A stretch of DNA of 64,000 nt from Vulcanimicrobiota bacterium (GCA_963714015.1 OY970223.1:1664001-1728000); one strand, 5' to 3'; shown: positions 9,727-19,742, counted from the stretch's first letter. Notes: generated by a model not told the origin, from the letters alone. Numbers and translations: made by a program.

Positions 9727-11688
9727 ATGAAAGTAACGAGCATCGCAGCGGCCCTCGGCCTCGGCAGTTTATGTGTATTAACAGCTTCCGCTCAAACGCA
9801 ACCTTCGATGGCGCAGGTATTGCAGGCGACGTTTTCGATCACGGGCTACGGCGGGGTTGCGATTTCGCCGCGGGGCGACGAAGTCGCGTATGCCGTTACG
9901 ACGCGCCCCGGCGGATTGAAGGATCCCATGCCGCAGACTGCTCTCTACGTTCAGCGAGGAACGAGCGCTCCGGTACGTCTGACGGCCGGCGACGGTACCA
10001 AGTTCTTCGAAGAAAGGGACGCGCAATTCTCACCCGACGGTTCCCGCATCGCCTTCGTCTCCAATGCCGGCGATAAAGACCAAGAACAAGTTTACGTGGC
10101 GCGCAGCGATGCATCTGCGGTTCGGCCGCTGACCCATTTGACCGGCGCCGTCGCGACGCTGCGCTGGTCGCCCGACGGCAAATATCTTGCGATCCTTTCG
10201 ATTCCGCATCCGCATCGCAGCGCAGGCGCTCTCGCTGCAGGCGCGCGCCAAGTCGGCGTGATCGGATCGGTCGTCGACGAACAGCAATTGGCGCTCGTCG
10301 ATACGTCCACGGGCTCCATACGAGAACTGACGCCGTCGAATGCGTACGTTTACGAGTATGGCTGGGCTCCGGACTCGAGACGATTGGCCTATACCTATGC
10401 GTACGGCAGCGGGGACAACAACTGGTGGATTGCGCGTCTTGCCACAATCGACACGACCGGGCACGCGCGCGACCTGCTTAGGCCCAGTTTCCAAATAAAC
10501 GACCCGGTGTGGTCGCCGGATGGACGCAGCATCGCCGTTATCGGCGGCACGATGAGCGACTTCGGCTCCGTCGGCGGCGACGTGTACCTAGTCGATCCGA
10601 ACACCGGACATGCGCGTGATATCACGCCGGGCATGCCGCTCAATGCCGCGGCACTTCATTGGACGGGCCCCTCGCAGCTGCTCATGAGCGCACACGATCT
10701 CGGTTCACTCATGCTGTTTCGATTGAACGCCAAAACAGGCGGCCGGGAAGCCATAGGATATAACGGCGAAACGATCTTCAATTGGGACGCGACGCCGGAC
10801 GGTTCCCGTCTAGCGTTCGTGCGCACGTCGTTCTCGCGCGCGCCCGAGGTGTGGATGGGCGCACCCGGTGCGGCAAAGCCAATCACGCAAGGAAACGCGA
10901 GCGCTCCGCGCTTTTGGAGCAAGGCGGTCTCGCTTCGCTGGCAAGACGGTGCGTATCGTCCGCAAGGCTGGCTCGTTTATCCGCTCGATTTTCGTGCCGG
11001 CAAACGCTATCCGATGATCGCGATCGTGCATGGCGGCCCCAGCGCCGAGAGCTTGCCGGGTTACACGAATACGACGATTGCAGCGCTCACGAGTCACGGC
11101 TACTTCGTGTTCGAGCCCAATCCTCGCGGCAGCTACGGACAAGGCGAGGCGTTTACGAAGGCAAACGTCAAGGATTTCGGATACGGCGACTGGCACGACG
11201 ATCTCAGCGGCGTCAACGCCGCAATTGCGCATGCGCCGATCGATCCGCAGCGTCTTGGCATGTGGGGCTGGAGTTACGGCGGCTACATGGGCATGTGGGC
11301 CGAAACCCAGACCCGGCGCTTTAAAGCGATCGTCGCCGGCGCTGGAGTCGCGGACTGGCTCTCCTACTATGGCCAGAACGATATCGACCAGTGGATGATC
11401 CCGTTCTTCGGCGCCTCGGTCTACGACGACCCGCAAGTTTACGCCAAGAGTTCGCCCATTACGTTCGTCAAAAACTCGCATACACCGATACTGATGCTGC
11501 AAGGGGAGCGCGACGAGGAGGTCCCCGCACCGCAATCGTTCGAGTTCTATCACGCGATGCAGACGTTGGGCGTGCCCTCGCGCCTAGTGGTCTATGCCGA
11601 TGAGGGCCACAGTCCGCGCAAGCCCGCCGATCAAATCGACATCTTGGAACGCACGGCGGACTGGTTCGACCACTACCTCTCCTCATAG
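9727..11688 (+). CDS. Secreted S9 family peptidase
   Basis: Signal peptide, WSPDG propeller repeats, HGGP, GWSYGG nucleophile, DEEV, EGH. Confidence 0.93.
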   Translation: MKVTSIAAALGLGSLCVLTASAQTQPSMAQVLQATFSITGYGGVAISPRGDEVAYAVTTRPGGLKDPMPQTALYVQRGTSAPVRLTAGDGTKFFEERDAQFSPDGSRIAFVSNAGDKDQEQVYVARSDASAVRPLTHLTGAVATLRWSPDGKYLAILSIPHPHRSAGALAAGARQVGVIGSVVDEQQLALVDTSTGSIRELTPSNAYVYEYGWAPDSRRLAYTYAYGSGDNNWWIARLATIDTTGHARDLLRPSFQINDPVWSPDGRSIAVIGGTMSDFGSVGGDVYLVDPNTGHARDITPGMPLNAAALHWTGPSQLLMSAHDLGSLMLFRLNAKTGGREAIGYNGETIFNWDATPDGSRLAFVRTSFSRAPEVWMGAPGAAKPITQGNASAPRFWSKAVSLRWQDGAYRPQGWLVYPLDFRAGKRYPMIAIVHGGPSAESLPGYTNTTIAALTSHGYFVFEPNPRGSYGQGEAFTKANVKDFGYGDWHDDLSGVNAAIAHAPIDPQRLGMWGWSYGGYMGMWAETQTRRFKAIVAGAGVADWLSYYGQNDIDQWMIPFFGASVYDDPQVYAKSSPITFVKNSHTPILMLQGERDEEVPAPQSFEFYHAMQTLGVPSRLVVYADEGHSPRKPADQIDILERTADWFDHYLSS

Positions 11689-11733
11689 ACACGGTGCCCT
11701 GCACCGCTGCGGCATAATGGGTCCATTGGCTCA

Positions 11734-11796
11734 TTGACAGTACCACTGAGGAGTGGTTTAGTCAATCGCATAAACGGTTTAGTCACTTGACTAAAC
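11734..11796 (+). promoter_or_regulatory. Promoter (TTGACA -35) with tandem 20-bp palindromic operators
   Basis: GTTTAGTCA-CT-TGACTAAAC (11777-11796) and degenerate GTTTAGTCAATCGCATAAAC (11756-11775). Confidence 0.75.
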
Positions 11797-11820
11797 GCTC
11801 AGTCTGTAGTGGAGATTGTT

Positions 11821-12480
11821 ATGACGACAACGACAACGCGCGCCGGCGAGACGCCAAAGCCGTCGGCGGCCGGTTACGTTCTTCAGGGAACCCTGCTGGA
11901 AGCATGCTCGTGCAACGTGCTGTGCCCGTGCTGGATCGGTGAGGATCCCGACAACGGGACATGCGAGGCGTTAAACGCGTACCACCTCGATAAGGGCACG
12001 ATCAACGGCATCGACGTCAGCGGCCTCTCGTTTGTGAACGTGGTGAACATTCCCGGAAACGTTTTGACGCCGAAATCGTGGAAGGTCTTGATGCTGGTCG
12101 ACGAACGCGCTACCGACGAACAGTTGCAGGCACTGGTCGACGCATACTCGGGCAAGCTGGGTGGACCGCTTGCCGACCTTGCCGGCCTGGTCGGTGAAGT
12201 TCTTGCGGTCGAACGCGTTCCGATTCAACACGATGTGCGCGAAGGCAAAGGGACCCTCCGCATAGGCGATATGGCCGAAGCCGAAATGCAGCCGTACAAA
12301 AGCGCCCAAGGCGTCGTCACGACCCTGCGCGATTCGATCTTCTCAACGATACCCGGATCGCCCGCATACGTTTCGAAAGCGACGTACAACCGCGTCGACA
12401 TCCCCAAATACCACCTGCATTGGCAATTTGAAAACCGCAACGCGATTCAAGGCGATTACACCATCACTTACCAGGGCTGA
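11821..12480 (+). CDS. DUF1326 family protein
   Basis: EACSC...CPCW.GEDPD.G.C motif; VDERATDEQ..AL; SGKLGGP. Confidence 0.88.
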   Translation: MTTTTTRAGETPKPSAAGYVLQGTLLEACSCNVLCPCWIGEDPDNGTCEALNAYHLDKGTINGIDVSGLSFVNVVNIPGNVLTPKSWKVLMLVDERATDEQLQALVDAYSGKLGGPLADLAGLVGEVLAVERVPIQHDVREGKGTLRIGDMAEAEMQPYKSAQGVVTTLRDSIFSTIPGSPAYVSKATYNRVDIPKYHLHWQFENRNAIQGDYTITYQG

Positions 12481-12485
12481 CATCG

Positions 12486-13238
12486 ATGGTTATCTCCAGA
12501 CCGCTATTGCGCGTTCCCCCGGCGATCGCTATTGCGATCGCCGCTGCGTGGGGACTCGCGCTGCTCGCGCAGCTCACCGGTTCCACCGCGCTGCTGCATC
12601 ACGATCGCCTAATCGAAGGCGGCATTCCGCTCTGGATTGCCGCGGTCGTGTTTCTGGTAACGTGGCAGGCAATGATCGCCGCGATGATGCTGCCTTCGAG
12701 CCTGCCGCTGATCCGTTTGTTTACGATTGCCTCGGCAAATCAGCCGCGCCCCGCGCAGGTTCAGCTGGTTTTTCTTATGGGGTACGCCGCGGTATGGACG
12801 CTCTTCGGCATCGGCGCGTTCGGCGGTGATCTCACCCTTCACCGCCTCGTCGACAGCACGCCGTGGATCGCGGCGCGCGCCGCATTCATTCCTGCGGCCA
12901 TCCTGCTGCTCGTCGGGGCGTTCCAATTCTCCGCGCTCAAGGATCGCTGCTTGAAAAAGTGCCGGCTTCCGTCAAACTTTCTCGTGCAGCATTACAAACG
13001 CGGATTGCGAGCGGCGTTTTCCATTGGTGCTCGCCATGGGGCGTTCTGCGTCGGCTGCTGCTGGGCGCTCATGTTGCTTGGATTTGCGGCGGGAAGCGCG
13101 AATCTAGCGTGGATGGCGCTCTTGACCGCGATCATGGTTTACGAAAAAACCGGACGCTACGGTCAGGGGGCGTCGCGGGTCTTCGGCGTCGTATTTCTCG
13201 CGTGGGGAGGCGCCATGCTCGTGCACGCAGCCGGATAA
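12486..13238 (+). CDS. DUF2182 predicted metal-binding membrane protein
   Basis: M.AAMMLPS, K..CL..CR.P, G.FCVGCCWALM, EK motifs. Confidence 0.9.
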   Translation: MVISRPLLRVPPAIAIAIAAAWGLALLAQLTGSTALLHHDRLIEGGIPLWIAAVVFLVTWQAMIAAMMLPSSLPLIRLFTIASANQPRPAQVQLVFLMGYAAVWTLFGIGAFGGDLTLHRLVDSTPWIAARAAFIPAAILLLVGAFQFSALKDRCLKKCRLPSNFLVQHYKRGLRAAFSIGARHGAFCVGCCWALMLLGFAAGSANLAWMALLTAIMVYEKTGRYGQGASRVFGVVFLAWGGAMLVHAAG

Positions 13239-13251
13239 AAAGGAGAATCAC

Positions 13252-13866
13252 ATCGCCCTAGCCGACCGTCGCCGTCAACTCGTCGCCGCGGCCCGAGAAC
13301 AAACCGTAGAGGCGTTCCTCGATGCCGCGGAACGCCTGCTCATTACCAATGGGTACGCGCAAATCAGCACACGGAAGCTCGCGGAAGAGGCGGGGGCTAA
13401 CCACGGATTGATTCATTACTACTTCGGATCGATGGAAGAAGTCTTTCTGCAAGTCGTGGAGCGATTCACCGAGCGCATTCACCGGCGCCAGCGCGCGATG
13501 TATCTTTCCGAGGGACCGTTCATCGACAAATGGCGCAAAGCCATGAATTACATCGACGAAGACCTGGAAGCCGGTTATCCGAAGGTATGGTTCGAACTCG
13601 AAGCGATGGCGTGGAATCATCCCGAAATGCGTCAGCGGCTGGCAAAAGTGCACCGGGCGTGGCGCGAACTCTTGAGTGAGGCGATCGGTCTGGCAATGAA
13701 AGGCTACGGCATAGACACCCGGCGCTATCCGGTCAGCGCCCTTACGGCGCTGGTCCAAACCTTCAACTTGGGAATCCTCTTCGAGCGGCTCATCGGCGTG
13801 CGCGACGGGCACGATTCGTTGCTGCGCACGATCGACCGCTTACTGCAGGCGTTCGAGAAGGGCTGA
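13252..13866 (+). CDS. TetR/AcrR family regulator (probable ATC start)
   Basis: FLDAAERLL...GY..ISTRKLAEEAGANHGLIHYYFGS HTH lies upstream of the ORF-track start; SD AAGGAG precedes in-frame ATC. Confidence 0.88.
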   Translation: MALADRRRQLVAAAREQTVEAFLDAAERLLITNGYAQISTRKLAEEAGANHGLIHYYFGSMEEVFLQVVERFTERIHRRQRAMYLSEGPFIDKWRKAMNYIDEDLEAGYPKVWFELEAMAWNHPEMRQRLAKVHRAWRELLSEAIGLAMKGYGIDTRRYPVSALTALVQTFNLGILFERLIGVRDGHDSLLRTIDRLLQAFEKG

Positions 13867-13868
13867 AG

Positions 13869-15962
13869 ATGCGAGCGGTGCAGCCGCTGTACTCCGGTGA
13901 CGTCGACCGTGACGGCGTCAGGCTGCACTACGAAGTCTTTGGAAACGCGCCGCAAAGCGTGTTGCTGCTGCCGACATGGTCGATCATTCACTCCCGCTTT
14001 TGGAAAGCGCAGGTTCCGTATCTGTCGCGCCATTTTCGCGTGGTCACGTTCGACGGGCGCGGAAACGGACTGTCGGATCGCCCTTCAGACGCGCGAGCCT
14101 ATGCCGACGCGGAATTCTTGCGTGACGCGATCGCCGTCATGGACGCGACGAATACCGCGTCTGCCGTGGTCGTCGGCTTCTCATCGGGCGCCCGGTGGGC
14201 GCTGATCCTTGCCGCGGAGTATGCGCAGCGCGTCGACCGTGCGGTCTTCATCGCGCCCGCAATTCCGCTGGCGCAGCCTTTCGCCGAACGCGCGGCGGCA
14301 ATCGCGTCATTCCAGAGGAAACGCCCGCGATCCGAAGGCTGGCAGAAGTTCAACGCGCACTATTGGCTCGAACACTATGAAGAGTTCTTGGAATTCTTTT
14401 TCGGCAAGGTCTTCAGCGAACCGCACTCGACTAAACAGATCGAGGACTGCGTCGGATGGGGGCTCGATACGGATCCGCGGACGCTGATCGCCACCCACGA
14501 TGCTCCGGGTTTAACGGCAGAAGAAGCAAAGGCGTTGTGCCGGCGCGTCCAGTGCCCCGTCCTCGTCATCCATGGCGACCGCGATGAAGTTGCGCCGATC
14601 GATCGAGGCCGAGCAGTGGCCCGCCAAACGGGCGGCGAGATGCTGACCCTGCCGAAGTCGGGACACGCACCGCACGCACGAATTCCGGTCAAAGTGAACC
14701 TTGCACTTCGCGGCTTCATCGAAAAAGACGAAACCCCCATGGCGCACCCTCATCGATCGAGGCGCAAGCGCGCGCTCTACATCTCTTCGCCGATCGGGCT
14801 GGGCCACGCTCAGCGGGACGTGGCTATCGCGCGGGAATTGCGCAAGCGGCATCCCGATTTACAGATCGATTGGCTCGCGCAGCACCCCGTTACCGCCGTG
14901 CTCCAGCACTTCGGCGAACGGATCCACCCGGCTAGCGCGCTCCTTGCCAACGAGGCGGGCCACATAGAGAGCGAAGCCGCCGAACACGATCTCCATTGCT
15001 TTCAAGCCCTTCGGGATATGGACGAAATTCTGATCGCCAATTTCATGGTGTTCCACGATGTCGTGCGCAGCGAGCGATACGATCTGTGGATCGGCGACGA
15101 GGCGTGGGAACTCGATTACTTTTTGCACGAAAACCCGGACCAGAAATCGGCGCCGTACGTCTGGATGACGGACTTCGTCGGATGGCTTCCAATGCCCGAT
15201 GGCGGCGAGCGGGAAGCTTTCGTTGCAGCCGACTACAACGAAGAGATGATCGGGCATGTCGCGGAGCACCCCAACCTGCGCGACCTGGCAATCTTCGTCG
15301 GTAACCCCAGCGATATCGTAGCGGATCGATTCGGCAAAAATTTGCCGGCAATCAGAGACTGGACGATCGGGAATTACTCCTTTGCCGGATATGTCACGGG
15401 GTTCGATCCGCGAGCGCTTCCGGGCCGCGAGGCTGCTCGGGCCGCCCTTGGTTGGCATCAGGACGAGAAGGTCTGCATTGTCAGTGCCGGCGGCTCAGGA
15501 GTCGGCACGGCGTTGCTCTCGCGCGTCATGCAAGCGTACCCATACGTAAAACGCGCACTTCCCGAATTTCGGATGCTCGTTGTCGCCGGGCCGCGCATTG
15601 ACCTCGGAACGTTACCATCGGTGCCCGGCGTCGAACTTCGGGCCTTCATCCCCGAACTGTACCGAATGCTGGCGGCCTGCGATGTTGCCGTCGTTCAGGG
15701 TGGACTTACGACCACGATGGAGTTGACCGCGGCGAAAATCCCGTTCATTTACTTCCCATTGCGACATCACTTCGAGCAGAACTTTCACGTTCGTCATAGG
15801 CTAAACCAATATGGCGCCGGACGATGCATGGAGTACGAAACGTCGTTACCGCAAGACATTGCCGAAGCGATCGAGCAGGAGATATCGCATCCAGCCCGTT
15901 GGATGGACGTCGAAACGGACGGCGCTTCACGGGCGGCGTCTCTTATCGCATCCCTTCTGTGA
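13869..15962 (+). CDS. Alpha/beta hydrolase fused to a GT-B glycosyltransferase domain
   Basis: FDGRGNGLSD, GFSSG, HGDRD, SGHAPH; then SSPIGLGHAQRD, VSAGGSG, DVAVVQGGLTTTMEL. Confidence 0.85.
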   Translation: MRAVQPLYSGDVDRDGVRLHYEVFGNAPQSVLLLPTWSIIHSRFWKAQVPYLSRHFRVVTFDGRGNGLSDRPSDARAYADAEFLRDAIAVMDATNTASAVVVGFSSGARWALILAAEYAQRVDRAVFIAPAIPLAQPFAERAAAIASFQRKRPRSEGWQKFNAHYWLEHYEEFLEFFFGKVFSEPHSTKQIEDCVGWGLDTDPRTLIATHDAPGLTAEEAKALCRRVQCPVLVIHGDRDEVAPIDRGRAVARQTGGEMLTLPKSGHAPHARIPVKVNLALRGFIEKDETPMAHPHRSRRKRALYISSPIGLGHAQRDVAIARELRKRHPDLQIDWLAQHPVTAVLQHFGERIHPASALLANEAGHIESEAAEHDLHCFQALRDMDEILIANFMVFHDVVRSERYDLWIGDEAWELDYFLHENPDQKSAPYVWMTDFVGWLPMPDGGEREAFVAADYNEEMIGHVAEHPNLRDLAIFVGNPSDIVADRFGKNLPAIRDWTIGNYSFAGYVTGFDPRALPGREAARAALGWHQDEKVCIVSAGGSGVGTALLSRVMQAYPYVKRALPEFRMLVVAGPRIDLGTLPSVPGVELRAFIPELYRMLAACDVAVVQGGLTTTMELTAAKIPFIYFPLRHHFEQNFHVRHRLNQYGAGRCMEYETSLPQDIAEAIEQEISHPARWMDVETDGASRAASLIASLL

Positions 15963-16021
15963 AACGGAAAAGTTCGGACGCGCTGCGCATCCGCGCGTAG
16001 TTTTGCCCCTAGTGTGGGGAA

Positions 16022-17668
16022 CTACGCACAGTCCTGAGAGGCTTGAGCCAAAACGCAACGATCGCGTCCGGCGCGCTTGGCCGCATATAAGGCACGATCG
16101 GCGCGAGCGATAATGTGTCCAACCGCCTCGGACGGTTCGGCGATGGCAATGCCGAGGCTCACGGTCGTCTCTATGCGGCTGTCGACCGTAATGCGAATGC
16201 GTTCCGCAATTGCCAACGCGTCCGCCGATGCCGGTTCGGAGAGGAGCATCAAGAACTCGTCGCCTCCGTATCGCGCCACTACGTCGCTTTCACGGGAATA
16301 TTCTTTCAGGATGCCGGCAACGGCCCGAAGCACCTCGTCCCCGCGCAAGTGCCCGTGATTATCGTTGACCAGTTTGAAACAATCGATGTCCAGCATCATG
16401 GCGATGCCGAATCGCCCGCTCCTGCCCGTGGCGGCGTAGGTTTCCAAACCCGAACGGTTGAGCACGCCTGTCAAACCGTCGGTGTTCGCGGCGTACTGGG
16501 TGGCGGCTATTTCGTTCAGATTGCGGATGACCGGTGTGAGATCGTCTGCAAGCGATTGAAAATCCGGACGGGCGATGGGCTCGGAAAGTTCATGGTTCCG
16601 GTAGATCAGCAGCGTTCCAAGCAGGACGGCGTTGCTGCGAATGGGATACGCCGCCCATGCATCTCCGGATTCGCACCGCAGCTCCGGATGCTCGCGCAAT
16701 CGCAGGAGCGCAGCTTCGATGCTTGTAGCCACTGTATCGGAAAGTTCGAGCGGACCTGACTGTTCGATCAGTTCGAACCCGCGGCCGCGGCTCGGCGTCG
16801 ATACCACGATTGCCAGAGTCTCGTCGAAGAGATCGGATTGCACGCTCATCAGCAAGTCGCGGACGTACGGACGCGCGTCACCCTTTGCGAGCACCGCTTC
16901 GTACGCGAGCCGGCATTTCGAGATGCGAATGTATTCGATGCCATGGCGGTGCTCGCGCCGAAGAAACATCGCTATCAGCGGGAGCGGTAAGAAGATGCCG
17001 ATTGCCAACAGCGGCTGAGCATCGCGATAGACCTCGACGGCGGCATATCCCCAGAGCCACTGCACAGCGACGACGCCCCACAAAAAGACGTCCGATATTT
17101 GCGCTCGCCAGAGCCGCGTGATGCGTTGGCCCGTTCTCAGTGCGACGAGGCTATCAAACCACGCAAAGACGTAAGCTGCGTGCAGTGCGAGCATGAGAAC
17201 GAAGAAAGCCGCCAACCCTTCGAACGAATACCGGAGGTACACGCCTCCGAATGCGGGGCGAAAAAAGCCCGCTAGATACCAGAAAACCACGCCCGGCGCA
17301 GTTCGGAGCAGACGTTCCAGCGGCGTATATTTCAGACGAAGGTTCAGCAGAAACATCGAGCCCGCGACGTGCAAAATTGCCGCGGCGTACCAGCCGAACG
17401 TAACGAACGCGAATGCGAAGATCGCGCCGTCCAACACGAAACTGCCCAGGTCCGTCGCGCGCCGCCCGAAATTGTGCAGCGCCAGCAGCGGAATGTGCAG
17501 TTGCGAGAGCGCGAAGACCAGGACGGCCAGAGCGCCGAATGTGAACAGTTGGACGGAGTCGACGCCGCGAACGGCGGCCGGTGCATGCAATACGAAAAGC
17601 GCGACCGCAAAAACTACGCACGCGGCGCGAACGAGGCGGTCGGCCGTTGTGCGCAGTCGCTTCGCCAC
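16022..17668 (-). CDS. Membrane-anchored diguanylate cyclase
   Basis: Multi-TM N-terminus, GAF-like linker, TDGLTG, DID.FK.VND.HGH.RGD, RESD I-site and RYGGDEF. Confidence 0.9.
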   Translation of the reverse strand: MAKRLRTTADRLVRAACVVFAVALFVLHAPAAVRGVDSVQLFTFGALAVLVFALSQLHIPLLALHNFGRRATDLGSFVLDGAIFAFAFVTFGWYAAAILHVAGSMFLLNLRLKYTPLERLLRTAPGVVFWYLAGFFRPAFGGVYLRYSFEGLAAFFVLMLALHAAYVFAWFDSLVALRTGQRITRLWRAQISDVFLWGVVAVQWLWGYAAVEVYRDAQPLLAIGIFLPLPLIAMFLRREHRHGIEYIRISKCRLAYEAVLAKGDARPYVRDLLMSVQSDLFDETLAIVVSTPSRGRGFELIEQSGPLELSDTVATSIEAALLRLREHPELRCESGDAWAAYPIRSNAVLLGTLLIYRNHELSEPIARPDFQSLADDLTPVIRNLNEIAATQYAANTDGLTGVLNRSGLETYAATGRSGRFGIAMMLDIDCFKLVNDNHGHLRGDEVLRAVAGILKEYSRESDVVARYGGDEFLMLLSEPASADALAIAERIRITVDSRIETTVSLGIAIAEPSEAVGHIIARADRALYAAKRAGRDRCVLAQASQDCA

Positions 17669-17787
17669 AGTGGAGGCTACGACGGGCGCAGCCCGCGGCC
17701 TTCCGATTCGGCAATTCGATCCGAAAGATTAACCGAATTGCGGCCGCACTCTATCGAAATCGCGCGGCTCCGTTTCCTCCAATGACG

Positions 17788-18639
17788 TCAATAAGGAAAG
17801 TTTCCGCTGAGATCGCTGACCTCGTAGGGCCCGATGGGCAAGAGAGCTTTCACGATACGTCCCTCGTGCGTCTTGAAGAGTAATAGTGCAGCATCGACGG
17901 GCGCGAACTGCGTTCCGGCGTTTCGCCATTGACTCGCGGCTATCGACGTAAACGCTTGCACTGATACCGAAGGCAAAAGCACTCCGCCGTACGGCGTATG
18001 CCAAAGCTCGGTGGTGCCGGGTGCCGTCGCCAGCGGCGACTGATAGCACGGATCGAGCAGTTCCAGCTGATTTGCCGGCGCCGTGTCGTACAAGTCGCCG
18101 CTGCTCCAGTTCGCCTCATCTTGCATCAGCGCAAACCGGTCGGGGTCGAATGCCCACGCCGGCTCGAATCTAAAGTCGCAACCAAAAGACAAAGAGTGGT
18201 AATGATATGCGGTGATCGCGGCAGTGATATTCGTACCAGCGATCTTTGCGGCGATCGTCGATGTGCCGTAAGCATTGCCGGTCTGGACAAACGTTTCATT
18301 GGGAGGCGCCGTCGGCGCAGGATCGCCCGGAAGGCTTCCCGTGAACGGCTGCTGCTGTTCGAGCGGCAACGCCGCACTGTTGGATGACGTCCACGTTACC
18401 GTGCCTGCAGAGCCGGCAGGGGAAAAGGTTACACCAAGTATGTAACTCGATGCCCCGAAATCCAGGAATTGCTGATCGTAAAGAACGAGCGGCGCAGCCC
18501 CAACGCTCGGCGCTGAAAAGGAGCCGAACGCCGCCGCATACTCAATGGCGGCGCTCCGCGGCAGCGGCGGTGATCCCGCGGCGCCTGTGCATCCGGCTAC
18601 GGCAGCAGTGCCGGCCATGAGCAAAAGCAGTTTTCGCAT
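17788..18639 (-). CDS. Hypothetical lipoprotein with Ig-like segment
   Basis: Lipobox VAGC after GGAG SD; VTWTSSNS Ig-like motif. Confidence 0.7.
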   Translation of the reverse strand: MRKLLLLMAGTAAVAGCTGAAGSPPLPRSAAIEYAAAFGSFSAPSVGAAPLVLYDQQFLDFGASSYILGVTFSPAGSAGTVTWTSSNSAALPLEQQQPFTGSLPGDPAPTAPPNETFVQTGNAYGTSTIAAKIAGTNITAAITAYHYHSLSFGCDFRFEPAWAFDPDRFALMQDEANWSSGDLYDTAPANQLELLDPCYQSPLATAPGTTELWHTPYGGVLLPSVSVQAFTSIAASQWRNAGTQFAPVDAALLLFKTHEGRIVKALLPIGPYEVSDLSGNFPY

Positions 18640-18750
18640 AGCACTCCCGTACTGACGTTTCAGCTCAGTACGCATCCATATCGCCGGCCGGCGCGGTGTT
18701 TCCTCAGCTCGGTCGGGCCGAGCGCGTAGTCTCGGCCCTATTCTTTTCGA

Positions 18751-19548
18751 CTACGGCGTGCCGTAGCGATCGTGATGCCGCAGCCAAGGCTCCGTTTCAA
18801 AACTTTCGTTGCGGCCGCGGGGTGCGCGGTCGAGCCACTGGTACATGTTCCACAAACCGTCCAGCCCGCGCGCGAAAGCGGAGTAGGTGTGATAGACGAC
18901 GCCGTTTTCCAGCACGAAAGCGCTCACACCCGGGGCTTCCCGGCCATACGTCGGTCGATCGACTCCGGCCATCGCCGCAAAACGCGTGGACCACTTATGT
19001 TCGTTTTCAGCGTCTTGTCCAACGGCGGGAGCGGGCGCAGCCTCTTCCCGCCGGAAGTTGTAGACGACGTCGCCTGAGCGCTCCTGATCTTCCGTGTACG
19101 AGACGTTGAATTGAAAATTGAAGTCGCTGTCCGAAGAGGAAGCCCACGGGAAGCTCCAGCCCATGCGTCTCTTGTATGCCTGAAGTTTCGCTAAGGGTGC
19201 GCGCGAGACCGCGCTGAACGCCACGTCGTGACCCTCCAGATGTGGGACGATGCCGTTGAAGCCGTCCGCGATGGATGAGCAGGATGGGCATCCGGCGCTA
19301 TAATCGGGTCCAAACATGAAGTGGTAAATCAGCAACTGAGAGCGGCCTTTGAACAGGTCCGTCAGCGAAGCCGGACCCGCGTCCGTCTCGAACCGGTAAT
19401 TCTTCTCGATCGGAACCCACGGAAGTTCCATGCGGCGGCGCGCCAGCTCGTCGCTGCGCCGCGTCAGCTCTTTTTCCGACTTCAGCAGCTCCAGCCGAGC
19501 GGCCAACCATTCCTCGCGTGTCGCGGTCTTGGGGTGCGTCATCACCAT
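18751..19548 (-). CDS. DUF899 thioredoxin-like protein
   Basis: REEWLAAR.ELL..EKE.TR..D, QLLIYHFMFGP, GCPSCS, LDRAPRGRNE. Confidence 0.92.
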   Translation of the reverse strand: MVMTHPKTATREEWLAARLELLKSEKELTRRSDELARRRMELPWVPIEKNYRFETDAGPASLTDLFKGRSQLLIYHFMFGPDYSAGCPSCSSIADGFNGIVPHLEGHDVAFSAVSRAPLAKLQAYKRRMGWSFPWASSSDSDFNFQFNVSYTEDQERSGDVVYNFRREEAAPAPAVGQDAENEHKWSTRFAAMAGVDRPTYGREAPGVSAFVLENGVVYHTYSAFARGLDGLWNMYQWLDRAPRGRNESFETEPWLRHHDRYGTP

Positions 19549-19583
19549 CCGTTCCTTTCCTCTGTTTGGGGGTAGCGCATACC

Positions 19584-19718
19584 TCTGGTCGAATTGCGGC
19601 ACGGAAAATCGACACCAAGGGCGCGAAAAATCCGGGCGCGCCGGCGACCAGGGGGACGACGGCGGGGATGCATTCTAAACACATGCTTCTGGTCGAATCC
19701 GGACGGTCAAAATCGACA
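19584..19718. promoter_or_regulatory. Two copies of an ECF42-type promoter motif
   Basis: TCTGGTCGAAT-N10-AAAATCGACA at 19584-19614 and 19688-19718; minus strand reads TGTCGA-N17-CGAC. Confidence 0.65.
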
Positions 19719-19742
19719 ATAAGGTACAGGAGGACTTATGTA

